A stretch of 41,530 nt of DNA, from NCBI GenBank assembly GCA_031423695.1, contig JANPGB010000120.1, positions 1-41,530 of the forward strand. Direction: 5' to 3'. This DNA is from Verrucomicrobiota bacterium. GTDB taxonomy: Bacteria > Verrucomicrobiota > Verrucomicrobiia > Limisphaerales > CAIQOK01. Below are positions 38,451-41,530 of this stretch, piece after piece (the first letter of the stretch is position 1; each line of letters starts with the position of its first letter). A program made the position numbers and the translations under genes. A model generated the notes under the pieces. It was not told the origin of the DNA and did no database searches. It saw nothing but the letters and a program-made list of their open reading frames with translations.

Positions 38451-38515
38451 GGTGTATGCAATATTTTTGAGAACCAATTAATTCAGTGACGGTTTCGACT
38501 AATTTCCCCTCCTCC

Positions 38516-38922
38516 GGAGCGCGGCTGTGTCGTCCTCGACCAGCCGCAGCAGTGTGATGATGACTGTCTCGATCAACATTGGCATGGGATGATCTGTCGC
38601 GGATAAAAGCGGATGAGGGCCGCCGCACTCCAAGACGCTGGCGCGCGATCCAGCGGCCAACGCCAACACAGAGCGTCCTGGAGTGCTCCAGCCCTCTGGA
38701 GCTTTCCTTCCGTGAACCCAGTGCCCCATACCGGCTGTAATCTGGATATGGTCTCGACGCATCATGCCAAGGTGTTTTCCAGCGTGCTGCGGCTGGTCGG
38801 GGGACGACACAGCGCGCGCCCCAAAGCGGTGCTGAAGCACACGCAGTCCAAACGCTGGCGCGAAGTTTGGTGCGCCCCGCCAACGCGGAGCGCTTGGACT
38901 GCGTGCGATTTATTGCCGCTTT
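38516..38922. repeat. Nested cluster of three inverted REP-like repeat pairs
   Basis: Pair A 38516-38551 / 38785-38820 encloses pair B 38606-38645 / 38672-38705; pair C 38823-38862 / 38884-38922 follows. Confidence 0.8.
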
Positions 38923-38984
38923 CCCCGCGCCCGCGCCACAAGGACAATTGCCAACTTCGGATTTTGTGTTGGAAACAAAGCTCA

Positions 38985-40388
38985 TCACTCGGCTTTCTTT
39001 CCCTTCTGCTTCTTGGCGGGCGCACCGGGTTCGTCGCCGTCGCTATCGGAGTTGCCGCCGCCCCAGAGCGGTTTAACGTTCGCCTTGTTCCACTCGTTCC
39101 ACTGCGACTGGAGTTCGTTCACTTTCTCGGGCATGGTGGCGGCGAGGTCTTTGGTTTCGCCGATGTCCGCGCGCAGGTTGTAGAGTTTCACGGCAGAAAC
39201 GCCCTGCCCTCGCCCGCCCGTCAGTGTGTCCGCATTGCGGTCGTAGCGAACGAGTTTGAAGTCACCCGAGCGGATGGCCATCTGCTCGCCGAAACGCCAG
39301 TAGAGCGCATCGTGCGGCGCGCCGGTTTTCTCGCCGGCAAGGAACGGTAGCAGGTTGACGCCTTCCAATTTCCATTCCGGCTTCGGCACAACTCCGGCAG
39401 CGGCGAGCGCGGTGGCGTGGAGATCGAGTTGAATCGCCGGTTGCTCGAACACGCCGGGCTTCACCTGCCCCGGCCACGAGACGAGGAACGGCACGCGAAT
39501 GCCGCCTTCGAGCGTGGTGCGTTTACTGCCCCTGAGCGGGGTGTTGCGCGAGCCATTGACCGTCACGCCCGGCATGGTCGGACCGCCGTTGTCGCTGATG
39601 AAGAAGACGAGCGTGTTGGTGTCGAGGCCGGAGTCGGCAAGCTTTTGGCGCACGCGGCCGATGGCGTCATCCATCGCGAGCATCATCGCGTCGTAAGTGC
39701 GGCGCTGTTTGTCCGCGATGTTGGGAAACTTTGCGAGCCGGTCGTCCGTGGCATTCATCGGGGTGTGGACGGCGTTGAAGGCGAGATAGAGAAACCAAGG
39801 CTGGCGCTTATGCTTTTCGATGAAGGCGCACGCCTCGCGGCCAAAGGCGTCGGTGGTATAATCCATTTCCTTCACCGGTTCAGTGCCGCGAAGAATTCCC
39901 CCCGCATTGAAGTAACTGTGGGCGCCGCCGAGGAAGCCGAAGAAATCATCGAAGCCGCGCTGCTGCGGCTGCATGGCGGACTGACTCCCGAGATGCCACT
40001 TGCCGACAAGACCAGTGGCGTAACCGGCGGTCTTGAGATGATCGGCGAGCGTGCTTTGGGTAACCGGCATTCCCGCAACCGGACCGCTGGGATTAAACTC
40101 GTGGCCGAAGCGCGTCTGGTAATGACCCGTCAACATCCCGGCGCGCGTGGGCGAGCAATACGGCCCGCTCACATAGCCGCTGGTGAACCGCACGCCAGAA
40201 GCCGCGAGGGCATCGAGGTTCGGCGTGGGAATGTCTTTGCAGCCGTGGAAGCCCACGTCGGCATAGCCCATGTCGTCGCCAACGATGAGGAGGATGTTGG
40301 GCTTCTTTGCCGGCGCGTCCGCTGCATGCAGCGCGACCATTGGCGTCAGGAGCAGAGCGGTGAGGGGGAGGACTGGGAGTAATTTCAT
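38985..40388 (-). CDS. Secreted Cys-type (S1) sulfatase
   Basis: Signal peptide; KPNILLIVGDDMGY; CSPTRAG; GKWHLG; SDNGG; GSK....EGGIRVP. Confidence 0.95.
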   Translation of the reverse strand: MKLLPVLPLTALLLTPMVALHAADAPAKKPNILLIVGDDMGYADVGFHGCKDIPTPNLDALAASGVRFTSGYVSGPYCSPTRAGMLTGHYQTRFGHEFNPSGPVAGMPVTQSTLADHLKTAGYATGLVGKWHLGSQSAMQPQQRGFDDFFGFLGGAHSYFNAGGILRGTEPVKEMDYTTDAFGREACAFIEKHKRQPWFLYLAFNAVHTPMNATDDRLAKFPNIADKQRRTYDAMMLAMDDAIGRVRQKLADSGLDTNTLVFFISDNGGPTMPGVTVNGSRNTPLRGSKRTTLEGGIRVPFLVSWPGQVKPGVFEQPAIQLDLHATALAAAGVVPKPEWKLEGVNLLPFLAGEKTGAPHDALYWRFGEQMAIRSGDFKLVRYDRNADTLTGGRGQGVSAVKLYNLRADIGETKDLAATMPEKVNELQSQWNEWNKANVKPLWGGGNSDSDGDEPGAPAKKQKGKKAE

Positions 40389-41117
40389 TTTTATTGTTTG
40401 CGGGCTTTTCAAAGGATTAGGGTTTTATTCGCGCGCTGGCAACACAGCAGACTGTTAAAGTGGTGTGATTTTCACGGTCAGCGGGGACGACGCAACGATC
40501 CATTTCTCGATGACGAGGCACTTTGAATCCGCATCTCAATGCACCAAGCTCGCCTTTTGGCGATTGGTTTTATCGGCGGAGCTCAGCAGGCTCAATTGCG
40601 TCGCGCCCGGTATCAAGGCAAGCGTCAAGCACGACCCCATTTCGACGCGGAACCCATCGGGATAAAAGTGTTCGGCGGACTTGACGATCGTGAGTTGTCG
40701 TTGAATCTGTTGAAGGTTCATAACCCCAAGCAACCACCTGGATATTCCCCCAAAAAAACCGATCAATAACCATGTCCGCAGTCCCCTACTTCGCGGCCCA
40801 GTAAATGCCCAAAGAGCTGATCGCTCTGCGAGTCAAGACTCAGGTTGTATCTGCAACCAGAGTGATTAGCGTCGCGGAACCCGATGGATCAAAAGAGCAA
40901 AAAAAACATTGTGCGTCATTCTCCGCGGCCACCTGCAGGCCGGTCCTGGGTTTGAGCCGAGGCCGATGCAGGCCGTCAACCTGAACGATTCACCAATCGA
41001 AAAACCAGAGCTAATCAGGTGGTTGTTTTATGACACAGCGATAATGCGGCGACCCGGGTTTGACATCGATAATCAGCTTCGCTTCGACTCCGCGACAACG
41101 CGAAGTTTCGGCGTTTT

Positions 41118-41140
41118 GTTATGACTGGGCGTTATGACTG
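41118..41140. repeat. 10-bp direct repeat, candidate integrase arm-type sites
   Basis: gttatgactg-ggc-gttatgactg, 50 bp from the tRNA fragment. Confidence 0.5.
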
Positions 41141-41190
41141 TTGCTTGGGGGGGTGTTTAAAACCCAAGAAACCATTGATTCTGTTGAAAA

Positions 41191-41235
41191 TGGTGCGCGG
41201 TGCAGGTTTCGAACCTGCGACCCCTACCGTGTGAA
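41191..41235 (-). mobile_element. att site: 3' half of tRNA-Val(CAC)
   Basis: Minus strand TTCACAC-GGTAG-GGGTC-GCAGG-TTCGAAA-CCTGC-ACCGCGC-ACCA; no D-arm or 5' acceptor strand upstream. Confidence 0.85.
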
Positions 41236-41395
41236 CATAGTTGCCCCAAGGCTGATTGTCACACATGGAATGTCACGTTTTCCGAATAACCCACAAACCC
41301 AGCCATGCCCACCCCATCCCCCGCGCCCGCGTCCGCCGCGTTCAATCCTGAATCGGACCTCTCCCTCGAAAGTGACCAGCGTGCGTTTGACGAGT

Positions 41396-41530
41396 TCACC
41401 GGCGTGCTGGACTCCGCCGTAGCAAAGGGATCGCGTGCGCCATGGCGAGGACGAAGACCGGCAACGCGAGCGCCCCGCCAATCCAGAACCGGCGTGTCAT
41501 GTCGGCGAGTTCGGGATTTTCTTCCTCGAC
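41396..41530 (-). pseudogene. copA: Truncated copper-translocating P-type ATPase fragment (runs off the right edge)
   Basis: [32 protein letters not shown] resembles the CopA pre-TM1 segment, then stop at 41396 long before any ATPase domain. Confidence 0.7.

Noticed and set aside
40455-40773. Possible decayed gene upstream of the sulfatase (minus frame with one TGA)
   Set aside because: No recognisable homology by eye; cannot assign
41191-41270. Complete tRNA gene
   Set aside because: 5' acceptor strand, D-arm and 5' anticodon stem are missing

Overview
GC-rich bacterial chromosome segment. Gene order and repeat families suggest Verrucomicrobiota subdivision 3 (Pedosphaerales/Limisphaerales-like); this is an inference. 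Left to right: a partial GH35 beta-galactosidase, a flavin amine oxidase, an FMN reductase, an ECF sigma/zinc-finger anti-sigma pair, and a 4-gene glycan-modification block. Then comes a minus-strand dcw operon (mraZ-orf-rsmH-ftsL-ftsI-SIMPL-murF-mraY-[murD relic]-LysM-ftsW-murG-murB-ddl-ftsQ-ftsA-ftsZ), followed by queA-ribD-like-ldcA, pduO, rnhB, a nonsense-interrupted lipoprotein, a ~1200-aa membrane-anchored coiled-coil protein, a sulfatase cluster with nested palindromic repeats, and a tRNA-Val 3'-half att site beside a truncated Cu-ATPase. Main observation: the dcw operon lacks exactly the three consecutive stem-peptide ligases at three separate positions. The murE slot holds a SIMPL gene, murD survives only as a frameshifted 3' relic, and murC is absent. 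MurB, MurF, Ddl, MraY, MurG, FtsW and FtsI keep their motifs. FtsZ carries substitutions in its GTP-binding and T7 motifs. Secondary observations: mini-ORFs that bridge hairpin-containing gaps in the operon with stop/start overlaps, and an exact 63-aa repeat in the coiled-coil protein. Whether murC/D/E exist elsewhere in the genome cannot be seen from this window.
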